Program-made: the position numbers and the translations under genes | Part shown: positions 12,701 to 25,855 of the stretch, in pieces | Numbering within the stretch: the first letter of the stretch is position 1 | Layout of the letters: each line of letters begins with the position of its first letter | Origin: Ranitomeya imitator | Lineage: Eukaryota | Assembly: GCF_032444005.1 (NCBI RefSeq) | Contig: NC_091291.1 | Coordinates: 25,110,001-25,174,000, forward strand | Direction: 5' to 3' | Length of the DNA stretch: 64,000 nucleotides | The notes under the pieces: generated by a model | Databases searched by the model: none | What the model was told of the DNA's origin: nothing | What the model saw: the letters and a program-made list of their open reading frames with translations, nothing else

Positions 12701-15700
12701 TCTCCAGATATTGACTCCCACCGGAGAGATGTTGGCAGAGTCTTCGACCTCCTACGGGCAAACTCTCTTTACGCTAAGTTGGAGAAGTGTATGTTTGAGC
12801 AGGAGTCTTTGCCGTTCCTGGGCTATATCATCTCCGCCCAGGGATTGGCTATGGATCCTGCCAAACTATAGGCTGTGATGGACTGGCAAGAGCCCCATTC
12901 TCTTAAAGCGGAGCAGCGCTTTATGGGGTTCATTAACTATTACCGCCAGTTCATTCCCCACTTCTCAACTCTGGTAGCTCCCTTGGTAGCCCTCACCAAG
13001 AAGGGAGCGAATCCTAAATTGTGGTCGGAAGAGGTCTCCAAGGCCTTCACTTCTATTAAATCCCACTTTGCTAGCGCTCCCATCTTACATCGTCCCGATG
13101 TGGATAAGCCATTCCTAATGGAGGTGGATGCCTCGTCCGTTGGTGCTGGAGCAGTCCTCTACCAGAAGGATGCTCAAGGTCGGAAGCATCCATGCTTCTT
13201 CTTCTCTAAGACTTTCTCGCCAGCGGAGAGAAACTACTGCATCGGGGATAGGGAGCTGCTAGCAATGAAGTTGGCCTTTTCAGAGTGGAGACATCTTCTG
13301 GAAGGTGCGCGGTTTCCCTTCCAAGTTTACACTGACCACAAAAATTTGGTCTACTTACAGACAGCCCAGTGGCTAAATTCTCGCCAAGCCAGATGGTCCT
13401 TGTTCTTTTCCCGGTTCCACTTTTCTCTTCATTTTCTCGCCGGGGAGAAGAATATTCGTGCTGATGCTCTCTCTCGCTCCCTTATGTCAACTGAAGAGGA
13501 GGAAGAGGAGCCTCGGCTTATTGTTCCCTCTGAGAGCCTGAGAACCGTAGCACCGGTTTCGCTTGAGTCTGTGCCTCCGGGCAAGACTTTTGTGCCCATT
13601 AATTTGCGACCGGAGGTTCTCTCTTGGGCTCATTCGTCCAGAGTGGGTGGACACTTTGGGACAAAGAGGACATCTGAGCTACTGGCGAGGACGTACTGGT
13701 GGCCGCATATGGTCCGGGATGTCAGGGATTATATTCTGGCGTGTGTCTCCTGCGCCAAAAATAAATCTCCGCGTCAAATGGCCTTTGCCAAATGGCTGGG
13801 TTGCTCTATCCCTTGCCGGTGGCAGATAGGCCCTGGGAGATGGTCGGGATGGACTTTGTCGTGGGTTTGCCCAAGTCTCGCGACTGTACCATCATTTGGG
13901 TCATCACCGATCATTTCTCGAAAATGGTGCATTTGGTGCCTCTACCACGGTTACCTTCTGCACGGGCCTTGGCTGCGTTGTTCATTAAGCACATCTTCCG
14001 CTTACATGGTATGCCTGACAAAATTGTCAGTGACCGGGGTCCCCAGTTTGCATCTCGGTTCTGGAGAGAGCTGTGTCGTCTTCTCAGTATTGAGTTGAAT
14101 CTCTCTTCCGCTTATCATCCCGAGACGAATGGGTTGGTAGAGAGGGCCAACCAGACCTTGGTCACATACCTGCGACATTTTGTTTCAGCCAGGCAGGATG
14201 ACTGGGCATCCTTGCTATCATGGGCAGAGTTTGTGCTGAACAACGCCGTAGCCAACTCCACTTAACAAACCCCATTCCTCCTCAACTATGGTCAGCATCC
14301 ACGGGTACCTGTGCCTATGCCCGTGTCTTCCGCAGACTCCAGGGTGGCAGACTGGGCTGTGGAGGCACGGGATATTTGGGACCGCACTCAGGATGCCATT
14401 CGGGCCTCTAAGGAGAGAATGAGGTCCTCCGCCGCTGCTCATCGGCGCCCCGCCCCGTCCTTTGCTCCTGGCGACTTGGTGTGGCTCTCCGCCCGTAACA
14501 TCAGGCTGCAAGTTGAGTCCACTAAATTTGCTCCTCGCTACTTGGGTCCCTTCAAGGTCCTCGAACAGGTTAATCCTGTGGTCTACCGTCTGGCCCTTCC
14601 TCCACGCCTTGGTATCTCCGACACCTTTCATGTGTCCCTCCTTAAGCCCGTATACATGTCTCGGTTTTCTGAGTCATCTGCCGGGACATCGGGTTCGTCT
14701 ACGGACGATTTCGAGGTGAACGCTATCTTGGGGGGCAAGGTGGTACGTGGCAAAAAAAAATTTTTGGTGGACTGGAAGGGTTACGGCCCTGAGGATAGGT
14801 CCTGGGAGCCTGCTGAGCACATTCGGGCTCCGCAGCTCATTGCTGCCTTCGAACGTAGCGAGGCCCAAGGAGGGGGGGGCCCTAGGGGGGGGGTAATGTT
14901 AGGGGTCGAGTTCCCGCTTCTGCACAGGGGGAATCTCGGGCCACCTCCGCTGCGGTCTCCCATTCTTGTCCAGCCGCAGTGGAGTCTGCTCAGCAAGGAC
15001 GTCGGTCCCAGCGTCTTGCTCATTCTCACTCTGTTCTGAGAGTTACTGCTGCTTCTCCAGTCTCTGCTATTAAAGTCTGTGCTGGTCAGCAGCGAGCGGA
15101 CTTCTCTGGGACTCAGTCCTTGTCTGCACGTACTGAGCATGCCCAGCGTAAGGTCTCCCGTTGGAGATCGAGGGTCATGTGCTCAGGCTCTGCAGCACAT
15201 TCCATTGGTCCTCTTGGCAGGTCCTAGAAGGGCAAAAGTGCTGTGGCTACTTCCTGTGCTGCTGCTATATAAACTGCGCATGACCGCACGGCCATGCGCT
15301 AGTATTGTCAAACAATTGCTAATGTGTGTATGTTGTGAGTGCAAGTCGTCCTTGGATACCCCTACCTTATAGTATGACTGTTCGCGGAAGGTGTATGGCT
15401 GCTACCTAGCGCCCGACTTATCCTACAGCACTAGTCACACATTATAGCGTCCAGTTGCTGTGACCGCCAGTACGGCGCCGTGCACTTCCTCTGTGCTTTC
15501 CTTACCCAAGCCTGGGTGGTTAGTGGCGTTCGTCAGTGCGGCACTGCATGCACTCTTGTGCCTTAATATTGCTCTTCTGTTTCATTTCACACCCAGTTGT
15601 GGTGTTGCACCAGCAAGGGTCTAATCGGACTTCAATCCCAGTTGGGGTTGAGTTCGCTGACTACTTGCTCGCGCTTTAGGTGCGGTACCGCGGTCCTGTG

Positions 15701-15873
15701 CCTTAACAGGATTGCTTCTTTCACGCTGGGTGAGGTTAACCCACGCGTGTATACTCTAGTGTACCGCCATATAGTCTGCTAATTGCTAGCAGCAGGTTTT
15801 CACCTGCAAGGTGGACCCCGGACTGCGAACGCATCTATACCATCTGTCTTGGTGCGTTCCGCCAGTCCTAACA
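9761..15873 (+). mobile_element. Full-length Ty3/gypsy chromovirus LTR retrotransposon #1 (defective pol)
   Basis: LTRs 9761-10716 and 14897-15873 (TG...CA; about 11 substitutions and one 21-bp indel). 5-bp TSD TAAGG at 9756-9760 and 15874-15878. Polypurine tract before the 3' LTR. Confidence 0.97.
10746..14900 (+). pseudogene. gag-pol of gypsy #1, disrupted
   Basis: Gag with CCHC knuckle (CHVCQQLGHLATRC), protease DSG, RT YLDD, RNase H DAS, integrase HHCC + DDE, chromodomain (FEVNAIL...VDWKGYGPEDRSWEP). Frameshifts near 11750 and 13790; stops at 12869-12871 and 14263-14265. Confidence 0.92.
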
Positions 15874-16555
15874 TAAGGTCATTTCATTTTTGAAAAAAAA
15901 ATGTATGGAAAAATGTCCAAATTATTCAGAGAATTCGGAAAAAAATTGCAGTTTTTTAATTTTGAAATGATCTACTACCCAAATAGAGAATTATACTTAC
16001 CTGTCCAGAGACGCGTCCTCCCGTCCCGCTGTCTCCCTGCTGCATCTGCTTCTGGAACTGCTGATTAACTTCCGGCAGTATTCACTGCACTCAGCAGTCT
16101 TCGGCTTTTTCCGTCACCGCATGAACACTGCCGGAATAAGCCGAAGACTGCCGAGTGCAGTGAATACCGGGTGAAGGTTATAAGCGGCTCCGTAAGCAGA
16201 TGCGGCCTGGAGACAACGGGACAGGAGGACGCGTCTCTGGACAGGTAACTATAATTATAATGTTTATTATTAATTTTCTGCTTTTTTTACCGCCCGAACT
16301 GGACCCGAACTGGAACATGGGTTTCCCATGGAAACCCGTGTTGAGGACCATGTGACCGAACACTATGTGTTCGGAATGGTTCCGAACTTTACAGTTTGGG
16401 TTCACCCATTCTTAGTCTTCATAAGTTCAGTTTGTATGTTCTTTCGATGTTAGCGTGAGTTTCCTCCAGGTTCTTCGGTTTCCTCTCACACTTCAAAAAC
16501 ATACTGATAGGGAATCTAGATTGTGAGCCCCAATTAGGACAGTGATTATAATGTA

Positions 16556-17228
16556 CTAGATTGTGGCCCGATTCTAACGCAACCAATCAGAGATGCAGGA
16601 TTTCCAGGACAGACAGACAGACAGACAGAAAGACAGACAGACAGACAGACGGAAAAACCCTTAGACAATTATATATATAGACTAGATTGTGGCCCGATTC
16701 TAACGCATCGGGTATTCTAGAATATGCATGTCCCCGTAGTATATGGACAATGATGATTCCAGAATTCGCGGCACACTGTGCCCGTCGCTGATTGGTCGAG
16801 GTAACCTTTATGACATCATCGTCGCCATGGCAACCATTATGACATCTACGTCGATACTGTGCCCGTCGCTGAATCAGAAACGTGAGATGTCTACGTCCTT
16901 TATGACATCATCGTCGCTGTGCCCGTTGCTGATTGGTCGAGGCCTGGCGGCCTCGACCAATCAGACGCGGGATTTCTACATCCTTTATGACATCATCGTC
17001 GCTGTGCCCGTTGCTGATTGGTCGAGGCCTAGCGACCTCGACCAATCAGAGACGCGGGATTTCTACGTCGATGCTTTGCCAGTCTCTGATTGGTCGAGGC
17101 CTGGCGGCCTCGACCAATCAGAGACGCGGGATTTCCAGGACAGACAGACAGACAGAAAGACAGACAGACAGACAGACAGAAAGACAGACAGACAGACAGA
17201 AAAACCCTTAGACAATTATATATATAGA
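16556..17228 (-). mobile_element. Two non-autonomous Helitrons in head-to-tail tandem (16556-16681 internally deleted; 16682-17228)
   Basis: Each has TC...CTAG termini on the minus strand. The junction reads CTAG-TC with no spacer. (GACA)n lies near the 5' ends. Confidence 0.8.
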
Positions 17229-18421
17229 TGTATAGCACTGTGGAACTAATGGCCCTATGTAAGCGAGCAAAATAACATAAATAAATAAATAACAAGTTTG
17301 CAATTTCCTAAAAAAAATTGAAAATAAACAGCACTGCGCAAAATTTAAAGAAAAATGTGGAAAATGTGCAGCAAAGAAAGATCACTTTTCAAAAAAGAAT
17401 TATTAATAGAAGAAATGATTGAATCTGCCAAGCTTTCAGTTTGCCAAGTTAAGCAAATTTTACAAGGAAATTTTTAGCTGTGTTAGAGTTATTCTGCGTG
17501 AATTGAAAGGTACTCATGGTTGAGTTTGCATGGAACAAATTGTATAAAAATCTATATTCTTCACAATTTTAATTTTTGTAAAATTTGAGCTTTACTCAAT
17601 TACACTCATTTGCTCATTTCTAGTTAATAATTTATTTTTCACCAGTTAACTAAATGCAAAGTTAACGAACAAAAGGAAAAATTTACATCACATAAATTAT
17701 GTGACCACTCTTTGACTTCAAGTAAGCTTCATATTTTTAGGTAAAGTTGTAAATTTTTGTTACCTTATAGAGCTTCCCATGGCTGGGTGTCCATTAGTCG
17801 TGGTCTTGGTTCCTCTCGGCCCTTGTTTACATAATTTTACGTAAGGTGAATTTTTATAACTAGTGGTTAGGACCCTTATGAATAGGGTCACCTTGATGTG
17901 GTAGGATGGCTTTAACGTTTTTTATCAACATTATGTTAAGTAAGTATCCGATGTTATTATCATACATTAATGCTTTTTATGTTTTTATTTACCGCTGGGT
18001 ATTTGCTCAGTTTGTTGTTATCTTCATTCTCATCTGTTTAATGGCCAGTGTGCACATGTACCTACTCGTTGCATGCATGCCAACTTAGATTCCAGTCCAT
18101 TTCTTTAGGTTTTTGTTTCAGGTTTTTGCACTCTTTTCTTATAATGGTGTGGCCTTCCCTTTTTGTCGAGCTGGATATTATATTTATATAGCTTCTCGTG
18201 GCTGTGTGTCCATCAGTCGGAGTCTAATTAGTGATAGGAAATTATTGGGTCTCGAAGAAGCTTGATCAGGTGCAGAATGGCAGTTTTCATTTCCAGAATA
18301 ACCTTCATAGCAGAGTCATAGTAAGTTGATAGTTAACTATGTCCGGTATACTTCATACGATATAGGCTCAATCTCTCTGTATCTTTTTTTTTTATATAAT
18401 TGTAGATTTAATTGTGAATAT

Positions 18422-18943
18422 TAGGGTTGTGCGACTTTTACTTTTATAGGATCGGGTCGGGTTTCAAGAAACCCGACTTTTTCAAAAGTCGGGTCGAGTG
18501 AAATCGGTCGATCCTATAAAAAAGTCGGGGTCGGGGTCGGCTGAAACATGAAACCCAATGCAGTGCATTGGGTTTCCAATGGTTCCCAGGGTTTGAAGGA
18601 GCGGAAACTCTCCTTCAGGCCCTGGGATCCATATTTAAGTGTAAAATAAAGAATTAAAATAAAAAATATTGCTATACTCACCCTCTGACGCGCCCTGGTA
18701 CTAACCGGCAGCCTTTCTTCCTTAGAATCAGCGCATGAATGACCTTAGATGACGTCGCGGCTTGTGATTCGTCGCGCGACCGCCCATGTGACCGCTCACG
18801 TGACCAATCACAAGCCGCGACGTCACCGAAGGTCCTTCAAGCGCTGATTCTTAGGAAGGAAGGCTGCAGGAAAGAAGCAGGGCGCGTCCGAGGGTGAATA
18901 TATTCCTGTTAGGTATATACTCACCCTCGGACGCGCCCTGCTA
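18422..18943. mobile_element. hAT-type MITE with most of its right arm deleted
   Basis: Left TIR TAGGGTTGTGCG; only CTA remains on the right. 8-bp TSD GTGAATAT at 18414-18421 and 18944-18951. Confidence 0.75.
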
Positions 18944-19409
18944 GTGAATATGTCTGAATCTAATTATATGAGAAACCATGTAACTGAGCTGCTGCTCTGA
19001 ATTGTAATTCCTTGTCCAGAGATTTTCTTTAGAGAAGCGTGGCAGATGCGATAAACTTAAAATTACAATGTGAGAGCGAGAGATTAGTGAGCATGCTCTG
19101 TGCAGAGCTAATGTAATCAGCATGCTCTGTGACACTGTTCAGGGAGAGTCTGGAGGGAGGAGTAACAGACATTTGTCCATCCCCTAAGGATCCAACTTTA
19201 TTATAGCGGTGATAGCTATAATTCTATCTTTGTTCTTTTATGATAATGAGATGACTGCTTAGAAGCAAGGTCTACACATTAGAAACAAGTAAACAAGTCA
19301 ACCTTTTAGAATATTTTTTTTTTTTAGAAAAAAAAACTGTGTTAGTAATTAAAACATAAAAATGAAAAATGGCTGACAATATATATTTCTTTAGCATCCA
19401 TTAAGTCAT

Positions 19410-19415
19410 TTTATT
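19410..19415 (-). terminator. Candidate polyadenylation signal of the orphan exon
   Basis: AATAAA on the minus strand in the same conserved tttattgaagtgttcagataa context. Confidence 0.45.
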
Positions 19416-19984
19416 GAAGTGTTCAGATAATCGCATCTTAACTGAAATCTTGAATGATCAGAAATGTCTCTTTTTACAATTTATAGCTCCCAGTGTGATA
19501 CACACGCTAAGTATTGCACTTCCCTCAAGCCCCCACACACATTAGTCTAACGTAGCACACACTCGCCAATATCCACGAGTTCGGCCAACATTCTACTGTG
19601 CATGGGCTAGCCAACTGATTGTCAGGGAAGATGTTGATTTGACATGTCAGATTATGCACTTTATTCTCTCTAGGATAAGCCATTGGTAGAGATGCTTTCC
19701 CATAGAAAACAGAGGAGCACTCATCTTGACCAGCGCTCCTGTGTATCGGACAGACGACCAAGATGGCTGTCGGCCAAATGATCCGCCATACATCCTCCAT
19801 CCAATGTACAATGACACCTTAACAATGTAGACTAAAACCATTGCTTTTTATTCATGACATGAGACTTTTCAAATGATTGCCCCAGCACCCAACTAAAAGC
19901 TAAGAATTCATTTATTTTCCCCAAAGCATTTTCCATTGTATCCTTCAATTTAATTTGTAACTAAGACTAAGCAGAGAAAGATCA

Positions 19985-21043
19985 TCTACTATATAATTGT
20001 CTATGGGTCACTTCCGTCTTTCTGTCCTTCTGTCTGTCTGTCAGTCACGGATATTCATTGGTCGCGGCCTCTGTCTGTCATGGAAATCCAAGTTGTTGAT
20101 TGGTCGCGGCAAAACAGCCACGACCAATCAGCGACGGGCACAGTCTGGAAGAAAATGGCCGCTCCATACTCCCCGCAGTCAGTGCCCGGCGCCCGCATAC
20201 TCCCCCCCACTCACCGCTCACACAGGGTTAATGCCGGTGGTAACGGACCGCGTTTTGCCACGGGTAACGCATTCCTTAACCGCTGCTATTAACCCTGTGT
20301 GATCAACTTTTTACTATTGATCCTGCGTATGCAGCATCAACAGTAAAAAGATCTAAAGTTAAAAATAATTTAAAAAAATTAAAAATCGTTATATACTCAC
20401 CGTCCGTCGGCCCATCGGATCCAGAACAGGCCTTTCCCGCTCCTCACGATGCTCCGGTGACCGCGCCATGCATTGCGATCTCACGAGATGATGACGTAGC
20501 GGTCTTGCGAGACCGCAATGCACTCTTGAGACCAGAGCGCACGAGGAGCATCAGTAACCTCTTCCTGAATCCAGGAGCCAATGGAGGGTGAATATATAAC
20601 TATTTTTTATTTTAATTATTTTTTTTAACAGGGACATGATGCCCACATTGCTATATACTACGTAGGCTGTGCAATATACTACATGGACTGTGCAATATAC
20701 TATGTGGGCTGTGCAATGTACTACGTGGGCTGAGCAATATACTCCATGGGCTGCGCAATATACCCTGTGGGTTGCGCAATAAACTACGTGGGCTGCACAA
20801 TATACTACGTGAGCTGTGCAATGTACTACGTGGGCCGCGCAATGTACTATGTGGGCTGTGCAATAAACTATGTGGGCTGTGCAATATACTACGTGGCTGT
20901 GCAATATACTATGTGGGCTGTGCCATATACTACATGACTGTGCTATATACTACGTGGGCTGTGCTATATACTACGTGGACTGTTACATACTATGCATACA
21001 TATTCTAGAATGCCCGATGCGTTAGAATCGGGCTACCATCTAG
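19985..21043 (+). mobile_element. Non-autonomous Helitron with minisatellite, in the 3' region of the orphan exon
   Basis: A|TC start, CTAG|T end, hairpin cccgatgcgttagaatcggg. Same family as 4189-5450, in opposite orientation. Confidence 0.8.
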
Positions 21044-21278
21044 TTACAAATAAGGGTGGCTGATTCATTTATTAACCCATTATCTACCAATGTCGTTTTT
21101 TTTGGGACGCCTAATCTTTAGCTTATAGCAACTAAGATTTTATATTTTTTATAATTAGGTCCAATTTTTTGTGTTGTGTTTGTAAAATGAATGTTTTCAA
21201 AATAGGAAATCATGTCATTGTCATTTTTAAATGAATATTGGGGCGCCCTTTTCTGAAAAATCCATACTTGTAAAAATT

Positions 21279-21451
21279 TTAATTTGGCCAGTAATGGGTT
21301 AATTCACTGAAGATTCCTGGATTCTGATGCATCATCTCACAGGTCAGGTACTCCCTTTTCAGTACCATAATTGCAACTGAGCTGTCAAAATTACATTTGC
21401 AGGCATCTTCATTATTACAACCTTTAACAGAATATTTCCCCACTTTATTAT
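21279..21451 (-). pseudogene. Orphan terminal (exon 5) copy of the Ly6/uPAR gene family; remnant of a fifth gene or alternative last exon of gene B
   Basis: Intact acceptor (tgttaacag|AT) and phase-1 open frame (D)NKVGKYSVKGCNNEDACKCNFDSSVAIMVLKREYLTCEMMHQNPGIFSELTHYWPN*. No exon 4 was found between 21452 and 26300. A family-type 3' UTR segment with AATAAA lies at 19410-19500. Confidence 0.75.
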
Positions 21452-21616
21452 CTGTTAACACAAAGCAACAAACATCATTCAGTAAAATATCCTTTGCATA
21501 CATTCAAATTTTAGATATGGTCAAATTCTTTTGATACAGCATTAATGTGACGCGAAAGGTTCCAGATTATGAAATATACAAAGAATATGTATACACATAA
21601 CAACGCAATAATGTAA

Positions 21617-21955
21617 GACTAGGTTCACATTGCGTTAGTGCAGTCCGTTCAACGCATACGTTAAACGGACTGCGCTAACGCAAGTGCCGACTTTGGCACA
21701 TCGCTAGCGCAGATAGAGCATCTGCTAGCTCTATCTGCGCTAGCGGTGACGGACTCGAAAACGCTGCAGCCCGCATCTCAGGGTCCATCACTCAGTGACA
21801 GCACTTCGCTAGCGCACGCCCAATGTGGGCGTGCGCTAGCGATGCGTCCAACATTGCAGTCTATGGCGGCGTTAACGGACTACGTTACACCGCATTATGC
21901 TGCGGTGTAACGTAGTCCGTTAAACGTACCGCCATAACGCAATTTGAACCCAGCG
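21617..21955. mobile_element. PIF/Harbinger-type MITE
   Basis: TAA TSD on both sides; imperfect 20-bp TIR (ggttcacattgcgtt). Confidence 0.7.
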
Positions 21956-22220
21956 TAATATATTTAACACAAGCCAAGGATGCAACCAGCACCTGCAATA
22001 ATCGTTTTCTTTTCTTGAACTCAGGTACACCAACCTACAAAATTAATTACATTTGTACAACTTTTATAGCCTCTAACCAATGGATTTTCCCATTAAATTA
22101 AAGCAACCTTACATCTTGGAAATGGAGAGAGACTGAAAAAGTTTATTGGAAGGTCACAAAACTTTTCATTAACAGGGATTTTAGTCATCAATCAATTATT
22201 GAGTTATAACTATTATCATT

Positions 22221-22602
22221 ATGTACAATAACAAATTGTATTGTGGTACCGTGTTAGCCAGAAAAATCGATGTGAATACTTTTCTGCCCAATGATGACAG
22301 AAGTATTCTACAATAGGAGTGATACCTTTATTGGCTAACCAGAAAATAATATGTTTGCAGCTTTCAGAGCACAGAGGCTCCTTCTTCAGGCAAGATTACA
22401 GATAGATTAATAAGAAAAAAGCACAATATGCTGTAGTATTCTTGAAAAATTGCGCTTTTTTCTTATTAATCAATTTGTAATTGGCCTGAAGAAGGAGCCT
22501 TTGTGCTTTGAAAGCTTGCATACATGTTATTTTCTGGTTAGCCAATAAATGTATCACTCCTAGAATACTTCTGTCATCATTGGGCAGAAAAGTATTCACA
22601 TC
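22221..22602. mobile_element. Penelope-type palindromic insertion carrying two inverted hammerhead-like motifs
   Basis: 13-bp TSD aactattatcatt (22208-22220, 22603-22615). Inverted arms about 22269-22428 / 22452-22602. CTGAAGA-A-stem-GAAAGCT cores at 22486-22517 (+) and 22389-22359 (-). Confidence 0.65.
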
Positions 22603-22871
22603 AACTATTATCATTGAGACACTTACTTTCATATAAAGAGACCAGGATGGACGAACACAGAACTTAATCACTTGTTAGAAAGGAGAAAAATGTACATCAT
22701 AGGAGATTGTGATTTTAGACATACACGGCAGTGCTATTGCCATGTATAGCACAAGCGCTCAGACAATCACAGGTTTAAGTTCCCGAAGGGGACTAACAAT
22801 TATATTTGCAACTAAAAAATAATTGTTTTAAAAAATTTATAAAAAAAAGGAAAAAAAATAAAAGTTCAAAT

Positions 22872-24269
22872 TATTATTATTATTATACATTTTTATAGCG
22901 CCATTTATTCCATGGCGCTTTACATGTGAATACGGGGCAAATATAAACAAATACATTAAACATGAGCAGATAACAAGGCACACGGGTATATAAGGAGGGA
23001 GGACCCTGCCCGCGAGGACTCACAGTCTGCAGGGGATGGGTGAGGATACACTAGGAGAGGGTAGGGCAGGTTGTGCGGCTTTTCAGTAGGTTCAGGATCA
23101 CTGCAGGTTGTAGGCTTGTCGGAAGAGGTGAGTCTTCAGGTTCTTTTTGAAGGTTTCTATGGTGGGCAAGAGTCTGATGTGTTGGGGTAGAGAGTTCCAG
23201 AGTATGGGGGAAGCACGGGAGAAGTCTTGGATGCGGGTGTGGGATGAAGAGATAAGAGGGGAGTAGAGAAGGAGATCTTGTGAGGATCGGAGGTTGCGTG
23301 TAGGTAAGTAACGGGAGACGAGGTCACAGATGTATGGAGGAGACAGGTTGTGGATGGCTTTGTACGTCATGGTTATGGTTTTGTACTGGAGTCTCTGCGT
23401 GATGGGGAGCCAGTGAAGGGCTTGACACAGGGGAGAGGCTGGGGAATAGCGGGGAGACAGGTAGATAAGTTGGGCAGAGCGTAGGATGGATTGCAGGGGT
23501 GCCAGAGTGTTAGAGGGGAGTCCAGAGAGTAGGAGGTTGCAGTAGTCGAGGCGGGAGATGATAAGGGCATGCACTAGCGTTTTTGCAGTGTTGCAGTCAA
23601 GGAAAGCACGGATCCGGGAAATATTTTTGAGTTTGAGACGGCAGGAGGAGGCAAGGGCTTGGATATGTGGCTTGAAAAAGAGGGCAGAGTCGAGGATCAC
23701 CCCGAGGCACCGGGCGTGTGGGACTGGGGAAAGTGAGCAGCCATTGACATTGATGGATATGTCTGGTGGAGGGGTAGAGTGAGATGGGGGAAAGATGATG
23801 AATTCTGTTTTGTCCATGTTCAGTTGTAGAAAGCGAGCAGAAAAGAAGGCCAAGATAGCAGACAGACAGTGCAGGATTTTGGTTAGTAAGGAAGTGAGGA
23901 TAGGTAGATCTGTGTGTCATCGGCGTAGAGATGATATTGTAAACCGTGGGATTCTATGAGCTGTCCCAGGCAGAAAGTGTAGATGGAGAAGAGTAGGGGT
24001 CCTAGAACAGAGCCTTGAGGAACACCGACTGACAAGGGGCGAAGTGAGGAGGTGGTGTGGGGGAGGGAGACACTGAATGTCCGGTCTGTCAGATATGACG
24101 AGATCCAGGAAAGGGCCAAGTCTGTGATGCCAAGAGATGAGAGGATTTGTAGCAGGAAGGAATGGTCCACAGTGTCAAAGGCAGAAGACAGGTCCAGGAG
24201 AAGGAGGACAGAGTAGTGTCGCTTGCTCCTGGCAGTTAGTAGTTCATTGGTCACTTTAGTTAGGGCAGT
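22872..24269 (-). mobile_element. 5'-truncated L2-clade LINE (RT and C-terminal ORF2, frameshifted)
   Basis: [39 protein letters not shown]. (TAA)n tail at the left end and a 7-bp TSD ttcaaat (22865-22871, 24270-24276). Inserted into a TTAA-type MITE. Confidence 0.9.
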
Positions 24270-25855
24270 TTCAAATCACCCACCTATTCCAAAATTAAAA
24301 ATAAAGAAATAAAAAAATACATATACTTGGTATCGCTGCGTTCAGAAAAGTCTGATCTATAAAAATATTTAAAAAGTTAACCCATTCTTTAAAAGTCATA
24401 ATGAGGGAAAAAAATATCAAGATGCCACAATTATGTATTTTTGGCAACTGCAACAATGCAATAAGAAAAGGTCAAAACATTGCATTCAACACTGAATCAA
24501 TAAAAATGTCAGCTCACGGGCGGAACAATGACAAAGTTTAAGCTCTCGGAAATAGGGGAGGAAAAAATGTCAATGCAAAAATGTAATATTGCCCCATCAA
24601 GAAGGGGTTAATGGAGCTTAGAAGTTCTGTTCATTAAACAGTGCCATCTCAACGCTTTACAAAAGTTCTTCTGAACTTCCGGAACTGGGGGCATGAACTT
24701 CTCACAGATGATCTAAAATAACAGGAGAAATCAGGGGCTAATGTCAATTTCATTGAAATCGCTTCTGATTGAGTACAAATGTGTTTATTCATCATCCTGC
24801 TTATAAATGCTGTTATAAAAAAATTCTAAAGGTGTGTGCCCACAGAGGTTTTTTTTTTAATTTATTTGAAAAATTGCTTAAAAATAATGGAAAGACTCTT
24901 CCTATGGATTTTGCTGGTCATCTGTTGAGTTTTTTTTAACATTTTTCTTCCACTTCAGATTTTGAATAACGACTGGTGGGAGAAAAGAATGTGCATGTCA
25001 GTGCTGTAAAGCGACTCCTGCTGGAAAATGCTGCAAACTATTAATTTTCCATTCAAAAGGCTGCAAAAACATACTTCAGGGAAAATAAATTCCTAAGAAA
25101 AAAACTTTTAAACCGATTCAGAAAACTCTTTAGAAAATAAAATCCTCTTCTAAAAAATTCCCCCAAAAAGCAGCGTTTCTTGAAAACCTATTGTTTTTTT
25201 TACCAGATTAATAAAAAATCTGTATGCACATAGCTTAAAAGTGTAGATTATACCAGCTGTGAGTTAGAGTGACTCTCAGCTCACTGACATATCAGATTAC
25301 AGCTGCTGAATTCAATTTAGAGTTAGAGAGAGCAGGAAAAAGGAGCAGTGTGAGAAAATATGCAGAGTGATTCACTGGAAGATCTCACCCCAGAGCTGTA
25401 TTCACAGCTACCCTGCTAAGCTATATTCACAGCTACCCTGCTAAGTACTGCTGTATAATGTCATCCAGTCCATCCATTCTGTCATCATTGGGGGGTGGAG
25501 ATGACATCATTGGAGGGTGAAGATATCATCATTTGTTGGGATAGAGATGTGCTGATCTCTTATCTTTTATCTCACCCCATTACTGAACTTCATGTCAAAT
25601 TGCTTCACACTGCTGAAGAATTTATTTTATGCGACTGCTTCTAATCATTTCCGAGAAATTGAATAAGTGAGTGCTGTTATGGGAGACCTTATAGCAGTCA
25701 GTCTCCACTCACTAGCTCAAAGACAACCAGAAAAAATTGGAGACCGAGCCTGAAAAGGAGAAAATTGGTAAAACGTACAGGATATAAGTCATATAATGGT
25801 CAGATGTGGTGTTATTCCTCATGTACACACAAGCAAGAAAGCCAATTATCTGAAA

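Noticed and set aside
16743-17295. ORFs with DRQT/RQTE repeats
   Set aside because: Translation of the (GACA)n microsatellite and internal repeats of a Helitron.
18248-18280. Hammerhead-like string (CGAAGAAGC...GCAGAA)
   Set aside because: The GAAA core and stems I and III cannot be formed; too decayed to call.
21990-22200. Searched for a missing exon 4 of the orphan gene
   Set aside because: No DPTPNG or Cys-pattern similarity was found in any frame.
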